DNA of 64,000 nt, taken from positions 1,780 to 65,779 of the forward strand of contig JAEUQA010000076.1 of the NCBI GenBank assembly GCA_016789845.1, written 5' to 3'. Shown here piece after piece: positions 35,078-44,879 of the stretch (positions are counted from its first letter, which is position 1; every line of letters begins with the position of its first letter). The DNA comes from Chromatiales bacterium (GTDB lineage Bacteria > Pseudomonadota > Gammaproteobacteria > Steroidobacterales > GCA-2729495). A model generated the notes under the pieces. It searched no databases, was not told the origin of the DNA, and saw only the letters and a list, made by a program, of their open reading frames with translations. Made by a program: the position numbers and the translations under genes.

Positions 35078-35956
35078 GTGAACGGCCCCACCTATCTCGT
35101 TACCGGAGCCACCGACGGCATTGGCAAGGCCACGGCGCTGGCTCTGGCGGCACGGGGCGCGCGGGTCATCATCCACGGCCGTAATCCCGGCAAGCTCGAG
35201 GATGCTCTCGGGCAGATCCGCGCCGCCACCGGCAACGAGTCGCTGCATGCCGTCCTGGCGGACTTTGCCTCCCTCGACCAGGTGGCGGAGCTCGGCGCAC
35301 GGGTGCGCACCGACTTCCCCGGGCTCCGGGTGCTGATCAACAACGCCGGGCTCCTCACCGATCGCTGGCAGCGAAGCGCGGATGGCTTCGAGATGACCTT
35401 TGCCGTGAACTACCTCGCACCGTTCCTGCTCACGCTGGTCCTGCTGGAAACCCTGCTGGCCAACGCGCCCGGGCGGATCGTCAATGTGGCGTCGACGGCC
35501 CTGGGCGGCGGCAGGGTCGATTTCGGCAACCTGCGGCTGGAGCGCTCTTTCGACGGCTGGCAGGCCTATGCCAACACCAAGCTGATGAACGTGCTCTTCA
35601 GTCATCACCTGGCGGGCCGGCTGGCCGGCAGTGGGGTGGTGAGCAACGCCCTGTGCCCGGGGCTGATCGACACGAACTTCTTTCACACCAACAGCATCTT
35701 TGCCGGCGGCGGCTACGAACGCCTGAAGCCCGGCATGCGTTCGCCGGCCGATGGCGCGCTGGTGCCCCTGTACCTGGCGACCGACCCGGCGGCGGGTGAG
35801 ATCAACGGCGCGTTCCATGTTCGTCGCGGCCGTGACGGCCTGCAGGCCGTGGGCCTGGAGTGGGACCGGGTGGCCGCCGCAGACCTGTGGGCGCAAAGCA
35901 TCGCCAGCCTGGAACCCTGGTTGGGCCCGGCGATGGCAGGCGGCGCCGCAGGGTAG
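35078..35956 (+). CDS. SDR-family oxidoreductase
   Basis: GTG 35078 gives [18 protein letters not shown]; NNAG; YxxxK (YANTK). The track ORF starts 45 nt upstream. Confidence 0.85.
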   Translation: MNGPTYLVTGATDGIGKATALALAARGARVIIHGRNPGKLEDALGQIRAATGNESLHAVLADFASLDQVAELGARVRTDFPGLRVLINNAGLLTDRWQRSADGFEMTFAVNYLAPFLLTLVLLETLLANAPGRIVNVASTALGGGRVDFGNLRLERSFDGWQAYANTKLMNVLFSHHLAGRLAGSGVVSNALCPGLIDTNFFHTNSIFAGGGYERLKPGMRSPADGALVPLYLATDPAAGEINGAFHVRRGRDGLQAVGLEWDRVAAADLWAQSIASLEPWLGPAMAGGAAG

Positions 35957-35997
35957 CCGTTACACTGCTCTCCCGTCGTTCCCAGGCACCACCGCAC

Positions 35998-37005
35998 GTG
36001 CGCATCCTGCTCGCCCCGATGGAGGGCCTTCTCGACCACCGGTTGCGCGACATCCTGACCCAACCGGGTGGCGCCGCTGGCAGCTGCGGCATCGATGCCT
36101 GCGTGACCGAGTTCATTCGCATCACCAGTACGCTGCTGCCCGCCGAGCGGTTCCATCGCGTGGTGCCGGAACTCCGGAACCGGGGCCGCACTCCCGCAGG
36201 GGTGCCCGTGCGCGTGCAGTTCCTCGGCTCCGATCCGGCATGCCTGGCGGAGAACGCCGCGCTCGCCGCGATGCTCGGGGCCCCGGTCATTGACCTCAAT
36301 TTTGGCTGCCCGGCCAGGCTGGTGAACCGCCACGGTGGAGGCGCCGCGCTGCTGCGGGATCCAGGCCTGATGCGCGCCATCGTCCATGCCGTGCGCCAGG
36401 CCGTGCCCGCGGCGATCCCCGTCACGGCGAAGATGCGCCTGGGCTACGACACGCCCGACGTGGCGCTGGACTGCGCCCGGGCGCTGGCCGATGGGGGCGC
36501 TGCCGAGATCGTCGTGCACGCCCGCACCCGGACGGACGGCTACCGGCCGCCCGCCTACTGGGAGTGGATCGCGAGCATTCGCGAGCACGTGCGCATCCCG
36601 GTGATCGCCAACGGCGAGATCTGGACGGTCGACGATGCGCGCCGGTGCCGTGCCGTCTCCGGCTGCGACGACCTCATGCTGGGGCGTGGCGCGGTCGCCA
36701 ATCCGGCGCTGGCCCTGATGATCCGCGGCGATCGTGACACGGGCTTTGCGTGGCCGGAGGTGAGAGAGATGCTCCGGCGCTACTGGGCCGCCATCGGGCT
36801 GCAGATGCCCGAGCGTCACCGCCACGGGCGACTGAAGCAGTGGCTGCTGCACCTGGCCAGGCACTATCCGGAGGCCCGGGACGAGTTCGGGTTGATCCGG
36901 CGCCTGGTCAGGCCGGAGGACATCAGCGGCGCGCTGTTCCCGGAGTTTAATGCGACCGATGCAATCCCAGTGTTTTCATCGCGATTGGCCATGTCCCTCG
37001 CCTGA
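35998..37005 (+). CDS. dusC: tRNA-dihydrouridine(16) synthase DusC
   Basis: [13 protein letters not shown]...CVTEFIRI...VRVQFLG...DLNFGCP...[10 protein letters not shown]...MLGRGA align along the whole length with E. coli DusC as I remember it. Confidence 0.85.
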   Translation: MRILLAPMEGLLDHRLRDILTQPGGAAGSCGIDACVTEFIRITSTLLPAERFHRVVPELRNRGRTPAGVPVRVQFLGSDPACLAENAALAAMLGAPVIDLNFGCPARLVNRHGGGAALLRDPGLMRAIVHAVRQAVPAAIPVTAKMRLGYDTPDVALDCARALADGGAAEIVVHARTRTDGYRPPAYWEWIASIREHVRIPVIANGEIWTVDDARRCRAVSGCDDLMLGRGAVANPALALMIRGDRDTGFAWPEVREMLRRYWAAIGLQMPERHRHGRLKQWLLHLARHYPEARDEFGLIRRLVRPEDISGALFPEFNATDAIPVFSSRLAMSLA

Positions 37006-37102
37006 TTGCTGACGTGCAGCGTGCCGGCGTTCGCCGGCCCTATACTCCGGGCTGCTGTTCCTGACGCCGCTCATAACACCAACAATCATCGGGGGATGTC
37101 TC

Positions 37103-38221
37103 ATGCGTTCCATTCACAGGACTCTGCTTCTCGCGCCCGCGCTGACCGCCGCCATGCTGGTTGCCAACCCCGCCCACGCCGTCCACTTCAGCTACCTGAA
37201 CCCCGCCTATGTCCAGGAGATCTACGCGGGGCCGCTGATCATCGGCCAGGAAGCCGGCATGGCCTGGACGACCGGCAATAACCTCCTCACCCGGGCCGGT
37301 TCGAGCATCATCGAGTACAGCCTCACCCAGAACACCACGTACCAGGGCACGTCCCTCCATGGCGTCATCGCGACCCACGCCATCAGCGGGCTCAACAACA
37401 CCGGCTACGGCATGACCAACGGTACCGACGGCTACATCTATGCCATTACCGGCGGAGGGCTGCAGCGCTTCGATCCGGGCAACTGGGCAGCTCCGGCACA
37501 GACGCTCACCAACGTCGGTGGGCCCGGCTACGGCATCACCACGCTGTCGGACGGACGGATTGCCTACGCCGCGGGCTCGGGCTCGGACGTGTACGTCTAC
37601 GACCCGGTGAATCTCACCAATTCCCTGATCTTCACCGCGAACACGCTGATCGATGACATGGCGGCATCCTCGGCCAACGAGATCGTGCTGGCCGGGCAGG
37701 GCAATGCGAGCCTGATCATCATCGACTGGGCGGGATCGTGGATCAACACGCTGTCCAACCTCATCCACTATCCCGATGGACTGACCTTTGGTGACGGCCT
37801 GCTGTCCACTTCGATTTTCAGCAACAACAACGACGGCACCATCACCGAGTACCAGTTCGGCTTGGGCTTCGCCAATGCACCGACGCTGATCTACGACATT
37901 GCAACCGGTGGCGGCGCCTACGGCGACCTGGCGGAAGTCGGCCCGGATTGCGCCTTCTACGTGTTCCATGGCGAGAACGGCAGCTACCACGGCGCCACGC
38001 CGGGCGTGGGCACCAACTGGGACAACATGACAACTACCACCGATGCCGCGATCACGCGCATCGCCGCAGCCCCGAGCGGGGACGGCGGCCTGCCCACCTG
38101 CGGCTTCAGGACGCCGGTGGTGACCAGCGTGGTCCCCGTGCCGGGCGCCTGGCTGTTGCTGGGTTCGGGCCTGGCCACGCTGGCCTCGCTGCGCAGGAAG
38201 CAGGCGGTACAGCAGGGCTAG
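37103..38221 (+). CDS. Secreted beta-propeller-like protein with a PEP-CTERM-type anchor
   Basis: Signal peptide ...MLVANPAHA; repetitive G..DG.IY blades; C-terminus VVPVPGAWLLLGSGLATLASLRRKQAVQQG. Confidence 0.75.
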   Translation: MRSIHRTLLLAPALTAAMLVANPAHAVHFSYLNPAYVQEIYAGPLIIGQEAGMAWTTGNNLLTRAGSSIIEYSLTQNTTYQGTSLHGVIATHAISGLNNTGYGMTNGTDGYIYAITGGGLQRFDPGNWAAPAQTLTNVGGPGYGITTLSDGRIAYAAGSGSDVYVYDPVNLTNSLIFTANTLIDDMAASSANEIVLAGQGNASLIIIDWAGSWINTLSNLIHYPDGLTFGDGLLSTSIFSNNNDGTITEYQFGLGFANAPTLIYDIATGGGAYGDLAEVGPDCAFYVFHGENGSYHGATPGVGTNWDNMTTTTDAAITRIAAAPSGDGGLPTCGFRTPVVTSVVPVPGAWLLLGSGLATLASLRRKQAVQQG

Positions 38222-38240
38222 CCAGCAGCGCTGGTCGCCG

Positions 38241-38942
38241 TCAGATCCCGGTGCCGGCGCTGCTCGCCACGGCGAGCAGCGCCTGGCGATCGGTCACGCG
38301 CAGCCGCCTTGGCGAGGTGCTCACCCAGCCGCGGCTGTGCCAGTCGCTGAGGTAGTGATTCACCACCTGCCGCGACACGAACACGAACTTGGCCAGCTCG
38401 GCCTGGGTGATGTCGAGGCAGCTTCTGCCGGTCGGATCCACGCCGGTCAGTTCGAGCACCCGGTGGGCGAGGCGGGCGGGGATGTCCCGCTGGGCGTACT
38501 CGCCGACGATCAGCCGGGTCACGTCCCGCTGGCGCTGGCAAAACACCGCCAGCAGCCCCAATGACAGCAGGGGCTCGGCGGCGACGAGCCGCAGGAACTG
38601 GTCGCGGCAGATGACGAAGACCTCGGCGGCCGGCGCCGCGCGCGCGGTGGCGCACCGGAGCAGCCCGTCGATGCCGCCAACGAGACCGAAGATCCGGCCG
38701 GAGCCGTAGGCGTCGAGGAGGATCTCCCCGTTGCTGGATGTCCGGGCGCTGATCTGGACCTGCCCCGAGATCACGCCGTAGATGGCGTCGGCGGGATCGC
38801 CCTCCGCGAAGATCGTCGCGCCCTGGTCGTAGCTGCGGCGGGCCGCCAGCTGGGCGACCCGGTCGAGGCCGACACTGTCCAGGTGCCGCAGCAGCTCGTT
38901 GTTCTGGAACACCGTCCTTGCCGCGCTTTTCATTGGCACCAT
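38241..38942 (-). CDS. Crp/Fnr-family transcriptional regulator
   Basis: cNMP-binding beta-roll (IFAEGDPADAIYGVISGQV...FGLVG) and C-terminal HTH (ITQAELAKFVFVSRQVVNHYL). Confidence 0.85.
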   Translation of the reverse strand: MVPMKSAARTVFQNNELLRHLDSVGLDRVAQLAARRSYDQGATIFAEGDPADAIYGVISGQVQISARTSSNGEILLDAYGSGRIFGLVGGIDGLLRCATARAAPAAEVFVICRDQFLRLVAAEPLLSLGLLAVFCQRQRDVTRLIVGEYAQRDIPARLAHRVLELTGVDPTGRSCLDITQAELAKFVFVSRQVVNHYLSDWHSRGWVSTSPRRLRVTDRQALLAVASSAGTGI

Positions 38943-39073
38943 CCCTGGTTACCGACCTGCGCCCGGTCGCGTCTAGCTTGCCACAGGCCATCCGGCCTGT
39001 CCGTCCGGGGCCACACCGGGTCCCGTCCGTGTCCGGAGGCTGACACAAGCGCGGCCTGGAACGGCGCTGCGCG

Positions 39074-39089
39074 TGTCATCCGGATGACA
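39074..39089. promoter_or_regulatory. Candidate Crp/Fnr-type operator TGTCA-N6-TGACA
   Basis: Perfect 5-6-5 palindrome TGTCATCCGGATGACA in the divergent intergenic region between the Crp/Fnr gene and the 39264 gene. Confidence 0.4.
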
Positions 39090-39263
39090 TTGGGGTGGGA
39101 AAACCTGTGGTTTTTGGGCCAAAGCCTGCCTTTTCGCGGGCCGCTGTCCGTGCAGTGACACCGGGACACTGGCGGCTGGGGCAGGCTCGATCCCGTGTCC
39201 GGCGCGGCTTGCCCGGGACAAGAGCAACAAGACTGTCCAAGAAGAACCACAAGGAGAGCAGCC

Positions 39264-39662
39264 ATGAGCAAGGGAATACTCTGCGTCGTCGCCGTGATCG
39301 GTGCGGGCCTGATGGCCGTGACGCCGACGGCCCTGGCGGATACCGATGTACTGCTGGCCCGGGTCGGCCAGTTCCAGCTGGATAACGGGGAGAGCAAGAC
39401 GATGCGGGCCCGGGCGGCGATCAAGGCCTACCGGGTCTGCATGGAGGAGGGGCGTGGCGCCGCGTCGCTGAAGGTGACCTACGACGGCAAGGAAGCCCTG
39501 GTGGCGCCCGGCGAGTGCCAGCTGATCGAGGCCGCGACGATCAAGGTGGCCAGTGCCACGCGGCTGGACGACGGCATGACGCTGATCGGCAGTATCGGCT
39601 CCAGGACAGGGAAGAGTTACCAGACGGATGTGAGCCTGGCGCAGACGGCACGCAACGACTAG
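39264..39662 (+). CDS. Small secreted hypothetical protein
   Basis: RBS AAGGAGAG; signal peptide MSKGILCVVAVIGAGLMAVTPTALA; 132 aa. Confidence 0.6.
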   Translation: MSKGILCVVAVIGAGLMAVTPTALADTDVLLARVGQFQLDNGESKTMRARAAIKAYRVCMEEGRGAASLKVTYDGKEALVAPGECQLIEAATIKVASATRLDDGMTLIGSIGSRTGKSYQTDVSLAQTARND

Positions 39663-39667
39663 GCCGG

Positions 39668-39703
39668 GTCACGGCAGCGGCAGGTTCGTGCCGCTGCCGT
39701 GAC
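39668..39703 (+). terminator. GC-rich hairpin (15-bp stem) immediately after the 39264 gene; no U-tract
   Basis: GTCACGGCAGCGGCA-ggttcg-TGCCGCTGCCGTGAC. Confidence 0.4.
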
Positions 39704-39857
39704 GGAGTTCCGGGGCGCAACACGCTCCTGTTCGACGCGCAGTACCGCTTTGGCGATGGGTGGTAAGCCCTGCGGCGCCGCGAGCGCATTTAACCTATTC
39801 CGCTGTGCCACTCCACTGAGGCGCTGATCACAGTTCACCCCCGCCCTGCCTGAGACG

Positions 39858-40832
39858 ATGCGGTGGCCAGCGGGCACTGGCATCAGGGCACAGGGGCAAC
39901 GGATGGCGTTGGTCATTCTCTCGGCGGGAAACCTCGCCGCATCGCGCGTGCGAACGGTGACGACGCGAACCATCGCGCTTGGCGTCGGCCTGCTGCTGCT
40001 CGCGACGCTCGCCACCGGCGTGGTCGGTGGTCTCGCCCTGGGCTATCGGCTGGCCGATCGCGGTGGCGGGCCAGCTGGTGACCCTGCCGCGAATGCCAGG
40101 CTCGATCCCGCGCGGCCCGAAAACCAGGCGCTCATCGACAGGATCGGCACGCTGTCTGCCCGGCTGCTCCGCCTCGAGAGCGAGGCGCTGACGCTGGCGA
40201 AGCGGGTCGGGCTGATGAATGAGGCGGAGCAACGGCTGAAGCCCGGGGCCGGCGACACGGGGTCCGAGCCCAGCGGCGGCCCGCTGCTCGAGCCCGATGA
40301 CTCGACGGATGTCGTTGTGCAGTCCGATGTCCACGCCGGACTGGCCCGTCTCGAAAGCGGCCTGGACAGCCTGGACGCGTCCCTGGCCCTCGTGAGCCGG
40401 CGTACCGCCGACAGTGACCTGGCCGAAATGGCCTGGCCCAGCCGCTACCCCATCGCGGGGGCGCGCATCAGCTCGCGCTTCGGCAACCGGCGGGACCCCT
40501 TCACCGGGCAGCGTGCCCGGCACCCGGGCGTGGACATGCCCGCGCCCAGGGGCACGCCCATACTCGCGAGCGCCGGCGGCATGGTGCGCTTCGCCGGTTT
40601 CCGGCGCGCCTATGGCAACTCGGTAGAGATCGATCATGGCGATGGCCTGGTAACGCGCTACGCCCATGCCAGCAAGGTGCTGGTGCGCAGGGGCCAGGTA
40701 GTGCTGCCGGAGCAGGTCATCGCCACCGTGGGCTCCACGGGCCGCTCCACCGGGCCCCACCTGCACTTCGAGGTCCTCCAGCGGGGCCGGCCCGTCGAGC
40801 CGCTGCGTTACCTGGAGCGCCCGGGCCGGTGA
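39858..40832 (+). CDS. M23-family (LytM-domain) peptidoglycan metalloendopeptidase
   Basis: HPGVDMPAPRGTPILA...GNSVEIDHGDGLVTRYAH...GSTGRSTGPHLHFEV; N-terminal TM and coiled coil; alternative start ATG 39903. Confidence 0.9.
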   Translation: MRWPAGTGIRAQGQRMALVILSAGNLAASRVRTVTTRTIALGVGLLLLATLATGVVGGLALGYRLADRGGGPAGDPAANARLDPARPENQALIDRIGTLSARLLRLESEALTLAKRVGLMNEAEQRLKPGAGDTGSEPSGGPLLEPDDSTDVVVQSDVHAGLARLESGLDSLDASLALVSRRTADSDLAEMAWPSRYPIAGARISSRFGNRRDPFTGQRARHPGVDMPAPRGTPILASAGGMVRFAGFRRAYGNSVEIDHGDGLVTRYAHASKVLVRRGQVVLPEQVIATVGSTGRSTGPHLHFEVLQRGRPVEPLRYLERPGR

Positions 40833-41197
40833 GCCCGTTCGACACGCAGCGGCTGACCCGCGCGGGACTCGAGCTCAGCTCCCGCGACGAGCGCCGGCGC
40901 CGGACGGCGACCTTCGTGACGGTCATCGTCATGCTGCTGGGCGCCGGGGGTGGTGCGTTCTACCTGCGAGATGGCGCATTGCCGATCAACGCCATGGGCT
41001 CTTCCGCGGCCCTCGCGCAGGAGAACGCTGCGCTACTCGACGACCTGCAGCGGCTGCGGACGGAGCTGGGCATGGAGAAGGCGACCCGCGCCGAGCTCAA
41101 CCGGCAGGCCATGGAGCTGCACGCCGAGATCAATGAATTGACCACCCGTCTCGAATTTCTCGCGGCCCGGGAGGGCCGCGTGGACCAGCCCCGCTGA
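40829..41197 (+). CDS. Membrane-anchored coiled-coil protein
   Basis: GTGA start/stop overlap with the M23 gene; TM helix FVTVIVMLLGAGGGAF; coiled coil LDDLQRLRTELGMEKATRAELNRQAMELHAEINEL. Confidence 0.55.
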   Translation: MSPFDTQRLTRAGLELSSRDERRRRTATFVTVIVMLLGAGGGAFYLRDGALPINAMGSSAALAQENAALLDDLQRLRTELGMEKATRAELNRQAMELHAEINELTTRLEFLAAREGRVDQPR

Positions 41198-41214
41198 CCG
41201 GAGGAAGGCACGGC

Positions 41215-41679
41215 ATGTTTCGCAGGAAGAACAATAGGTCAATCGAGGTCACCAAGCTCTCGAGCCTGGTCGCCGACAACATGGCGATTACCGGTGACGT
41301 GACGTTCTCCGCCGGCCTCCGGGTGGATGGCCGCATCGATGGCAATGTGGTCAGCGAGGACGGCACCAGCGGCCTGCTGGTGCTGAGCGAGAAGGGCAGC
41401 ATCAATGGTTCCGTCAGGACCTGGGACGCCGTCATCAACGGCACCATCCGCGGCGACCTGGAGGTCGGGCACTTCCTGGAGCTGCAGGCCAACGCCCGGG
41501 TGACCGGGAACATCACCTACCGGCAGATGCAGCTGGAGTGCGGCGCGGCCGTGGAAGGCAAGCTGGTTTTCGCGGACGGGAACGCCGCGCAGGCAAGCCC
41601 GGGCAACCCGAAGGCAGTGCGGGACCCGCAGGTGCTGGAGCTGCCGGGCCCACCGCAGGTCTCGGGTGTGACGTCCTAG
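41215..41679 (+). CDS. Bactofilin (DUF583) cytoskeletal protein
   Basis: ITGDVTFSAGLRVDGRIDGNV...INGSV...INGTIRGDL...VTGNITYRQMQLECGAAVEGKL beta-helical repeats. Confidence 0.85.
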   Translation: MFRRKNNRSIEVTKLSSLVADNMAITGDVTFSAGLRVDGRIDGNVVSEDGTSGLLVLSEKGSINGSVRTWDAVINGTIRGDLEVGHFLELQANARVTGNITYRQMQLECGAAVEGKLVFADGNAAQASPGNPKAVRDPQVLELPGPPQVSGVTS

Positions 41680-41740
41680 GCGCACAGGCTGACGATCTCC
41701 CGGCGAGCGGGGTTCCCCGGAACACCGCGGTCCCGGCGCC

Positions 41741-42595
41741 GTGCTATACCTCTCCCAGCCCGGGATGAAGCAACCATTGCTCACGTTGAAAGTGCAGGAG
41801 GCACTGCGCGCGGCGGCGCGCGCAGGCGAGCGGACCATCGTGTGCTCGCTGGACCTGGAGCGCACAGCCACGACTGTCACCGTGCATGACGCCGGCTGGT
41901 CCAACGAGGGCCGGCACTATCCCTGGATCGGGAACTGCAAGGACCGGACGATCTACTGCTGGGACGGCGCCGCCTTCGCGCCTGTCTCCCGCTTCCGGGA
42001 TTCACTGATCAAGCTGGTGCCGACGGAGTGGGGCACCCCGACCTTCGAGATCGATGGCATCAAGATGCTGGTCACCGCAAAGCTCTCGCCCTGGGAGGAC
42101 GCGCGGCGCAAGGTCGGCCTCATCGATCCCCGGGGCAAGGTGGTCCTGGACACCTGCGGGGGCCTCGGCTATTTCGCGGCCTGGTGCCTTGCGGGCGGCG
42201 CGTCCCGGGTGCTGTCCTGGGAGAAGAATCCCGACGTGCTCTGGCTGCGCAGCCTGAACCCCTGGTCCCCGGAGGGCAGCGGCGCGGGCTGCGCCGGACT
42301 GGAACTGACCCGGGGTGACATCAGCGAGGCGATCGCGTCGTTGCCAGGCGGTTCCGTGGACGCGATCCTCCACGACCCGCCCCGCTTCGGCATTGCCGGG
42401 GAACTCTATTCCCGGGCCTTCTACGACCAGCTGGCGCGGGTCCTCCGGCGCCGGGGCCGGCTCTTCCACTACACCGGCACGCCCAACCGGCTGACCAGCG
42501 GGCGCGACGTCCCCGCCGAGGTGGCTAGGCGCCTGCAGGCGGCGGGATTCTCGACGGAAATGAGCGGCGATGGCGTGCTGGCGGTGAAGAAATAG
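41741..42595 (+). CDS. Class I SAM-dependent methyltransferase (DPPR-motif type)
   Basis: VVLDTCGGLGYFA SAM motif; ILHDPPRFG catalytic-type motif; the start may be ATG 41765. Confidence 0.65.
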   Translation: MLYLSQPGMKQPLLTLKVQEALRAAARAGERTIVCSLDLERTATTVTVHDAGWSNEGRHYPWIGNCKDRTIYCWDGAAFAPVSRFRDSLIKLVPTEWGTPTFEIDGIKMLVTAKLSPWEDARRKVGLIDPRGKVVLDTCGGLGYFAAWCLAGGASRVLSWEKNPDVLWLRSLNPWSPEGSGAGCAGLELTRGDISEAIASLPGGSVDAILHDPPRFGIAGELYSRAFYDQLARVLRRRGRLFHYTGTPNRLTSGRDVPAEVARRLQAAGFSTEMSGDGVLAVKK

Positions 42596-42827
42596 GCACG
42601 GCCGGGGCCGGGCCCGGACTTCCCCGGTTGACGCGGCCCCCCGGTTAGACTAGCGTGGCATGGCAATCTTCGATTTTGGACCTGCCTCGTCCACAGCATC
42701 CCGACCGGGATACTCAAACCAAGTAGCCACCCATAAGCCCAGGTTGTCCGGGTCCCGCGTGCGTAGCAGGTCCCGGCAGTGTCTAGTTTTAGACGTTTGT
42801 TGTTTATTTTTATGAGGTGCTTACCAA

Positions 42828-43031
42828 ATGGCTACCGGTACTGTTAAGTGGTTCAACGCCCAGAAGGGCTATGGTTTCATTCAGCCGTCGGATGGTTCGA
42901 AGGACGTCTTCGTCCACGTGACCGCCGTCCAGGCTGCCGGCCTCGCGACCCTCAATGAGGGCCAGAGCGTGACCTTCGAGGTCACCAACGAGCGCGGCAA
43001 GCCGTCGGCAGCGAACCTGCGCGCTGCCTGA
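42828..43031 (+). CDS. Cold-shock protein, CspA family
   Basis: [20 protein letters not shown]...VFVH RNP1/RNP2 motifs; AT-rich leader; 67 aa. Confidence 0.95.
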   Translation: MATGTVKWFNAQKGYGFIQPSDGSKDVFVHVTAVQAAGLATLNEGQSVTFEVTNERGKPSAANLRAA

Positions 43032-43053
43032 CCACGGCTAGACGTGAGGACCC

Positions 43054-43086
43054 CGAAGCCCCGGCTCGTCCGGGGCTTCGTTTTTT
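43054..43086 (+). terminator. Rho-independent terminator of the csp gene
   Basis: GAAGCCCCGG-ctcgt-CCGGGGCTTC followed by GTTTTTT. Confidence 0.85.
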
Positions 43087-43113
43087 CAGGCACTGGGGGT
43101 TAGTCTTGCGGGC

Positions 43114-43848
43114 ATGTCCCGCTGGATCCTCGTTGCGGTGGCGGCTGTCGCGGTGATCGCTGCCTTCCTGCTGCCGACAGTGCCCCAGGATCCCGCCTAT
43201 CACGCGTTCGCGGACCGGTCCGCGCTGCTGGGCGTCCCCAACTTCTGGAACGTGGCCTCGAACCTGCCGTTCCTGCTGGTCGGGGCCTGGGGCCTTGGCG
43301 CCACCCCGACAGCCCTCGCCACGATCCCGCGCCCGGCGTACCTGCTCTTCTGCCTGGGCGTGCTGCTGGTCGGGATCGGCTCCGCGTACTACCACTACGC
43401 CCCCACCAGCGACACGCTGGTCTGGGACCGGCTCCCCATGACCATTGCCTTCATGGCCCTGTTCTCCATCGTGATCGGCGATCGGATCTCGGCTCCGCTC
43501 GGCCGGCGGCTGTTGTGGCCGCTCGTCCTCGCCGGCGTGGTCGCGGTGATGTACTGGGACTGGACCGAACTGCAGGGGCAGGGCGACCTGCGGCCCTACG
43601 GCCTGGTGCAGTTCCTGCCGATGGCGATGATCCCGCTGATGCTGGTCTCGGAGAGGGGCAATGGCCTGCGGGCGTCCTGGCTGTGGGCCACGCTGGCGAC
43701 CTACGGGCTCGCCAAGCTGGCGGAGCACTACGATAGCGTCATCCATCTGGCCACCGGTGCAATGAGCGGGCACACCCTCAAGCATCTGCTGGGGGCGCTG
43801 GCCGGGTTCCTGGCCTTGCGCGCCATGCGGGATCCTGTCCACCATTGA
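43114..43848 (+). CDS. Seven-TM membrane protein, alkaline ceramidase-like family
   Basis: QDPAYHAFADRSALLGVPNFWNVASNLPFLLVG N-terminus and multiple TM helices with conserved His/Asp. The family call rests on memory of similar annotations. Confidence 0.5.
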   Translation: MSRWILVAVAAVAVIAAFLLPTVPQDPAYHAFADRSALLGVPNFWNVASNLPFLLVGAWGLGATPTALATIPRPAYLLFCLGVLLVGIGSAYYHYAPTSDTLVWDRLPMTIAFMALFSIVIGDRISAPLGRRLLWPLVLAGVVAVMYWDWTELQGQGDLRPYGLVQFLPMAMIPLMLVSERGNGLRASWLWATLATYGLAKLAEHYDSVIHLATGAMSGHTLKHLLGALAGFLALRAMRDPVHH

Positions 43849-43852
43849 CGCC

Positions 43853-44839
43853 ATGACGCAGATGGAACTCCGCTCACTCGGCAACTCCGGCCTCCAGGTC
43901 TCCCTCGTTGGCCTGGGCTGCATGAACTTCGGGGCCATGAACGACCAGGCCCAGGCCACCGCGATCGTGAATCGGGCGCTTGAGCTGGGGGTGAACTTCT
44001 TCGACACCGCAGACGTGTACGGTAACCGTGGCACGTCGGAGGAATATCTCGGCAAGGCGCTCGGCCCGCGCCGGCCCGAAGTCATCATCGCGACCAAGTT
44101 CGCCGGCCCCATGTCCGCCGACCAGGCCTGGATGCAGGGTGGCTCCCGGCGCTGGATCCTGCAGGCGGTTGAGGGCAGCCTGCGGCGGCTTGGCAGCGAT
44201 TACATCGACCTCTACCAGATGCACCGGGCCGACGCGGCCGTGCCTATCGACGAGACACTGCGGGCACTCGACGACCTCGTCCGCCAGGGCAAGGTGCGCT
44301 ACATCGGGTGCTCCAACTTCGCCGCCTGGCAGATCGCCGACGCAGCATGGACCGCCCGGGAAAATCACCTGGGGCCGTTCATCGCCGCGCAGAACCGCTA
44401 CAGCGTGATGAGCAGGGACCTGGAGAAGGAGGTTCTGCCCGCGGTCACGCGCTTCGGGCTTGGCATCATTCCGTACTTCCCGCTGGAGAGCGGGCTGCTG
44501 TCGGGAAAGTACCTGCCGGGCCGCGACTTCCCGGCGGATTCGCGCCTGGCCAAGTGGGGCGCGTGGGCGGCGGCTGCATTTGCCTCGCCCGAGAAGCTGG
44601 ACAAGGTGGCGAAGCTGTCCGGGCTCTGCGAGCGATACGGCCACAGCCTGCTGCAGCTGGCCATGGGCTGGCTGGCAGGCAGGCCGGCGGTGTCCAGCGT
44701 CATCGCGGGCGTGACGACGGTCGCCCAGCTCGAGCAGAACGTCAGCGCGGCGGGCTGGCGGGCCCCGGCCGAGGAGCTGGCCGAGATCGACAGGATCTGC
44801 CCGCCGCCGGAGGGCGGCTTTCCCGGGCCAAGGCGCTAG
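43853..44839 (+). CDS. Aldo/keto reductase
   Basis: LGCMNFG...FFDTADVYG...YIDLYQMHR...GCSNF...IIPYFPLESGLLSGKY. Confidence 0.9.
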   Translation: MTQMELRSLGNSGLQVSLVGLGCMNFGAMNDQAQATAIVNRALELGVNFFDTADVYGNRGTSEEYLGKALGPRRPEVIIATKFAGPMSADQAWMQGGSRRWILQAVEGSLRRLGSDYIDLYQMHRADAAVPIDETLRALDDLVRQGKVRYIGCSNFAAWQIADAAWTARENHLGPFIAAQNRYSVMSRDLEKEVLPAVTRFGLGIIPYFPLESGLLSGKYLPGRDFPADSRLAKWGAWAAAAFASPEKLDKVAKLSGLCERYGHSLLQLAMGWLAGRPAVSSVIAGVTTVAQLEQNVSAAGWRAPAEELAEIDRICPPPEGGFPGPRR

Positions 44840-44879
44840 AGCGCAATCGTCGAGACACCACACAGGGGGAATTACTGCC

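Noticed and set aside
42596-42827. A sigma-70 promoter for the csp gene (TTGACG at 42627 with TAGACT/TAGCGT downstream)
   Set aside because: The spacing to TAGACT is only 12 nt, and the 17-nt alternative (TAGCGT) is a poor -10. A long cold-shock-type 5' UTR is plausible, but I cannot place the promoter confidently.
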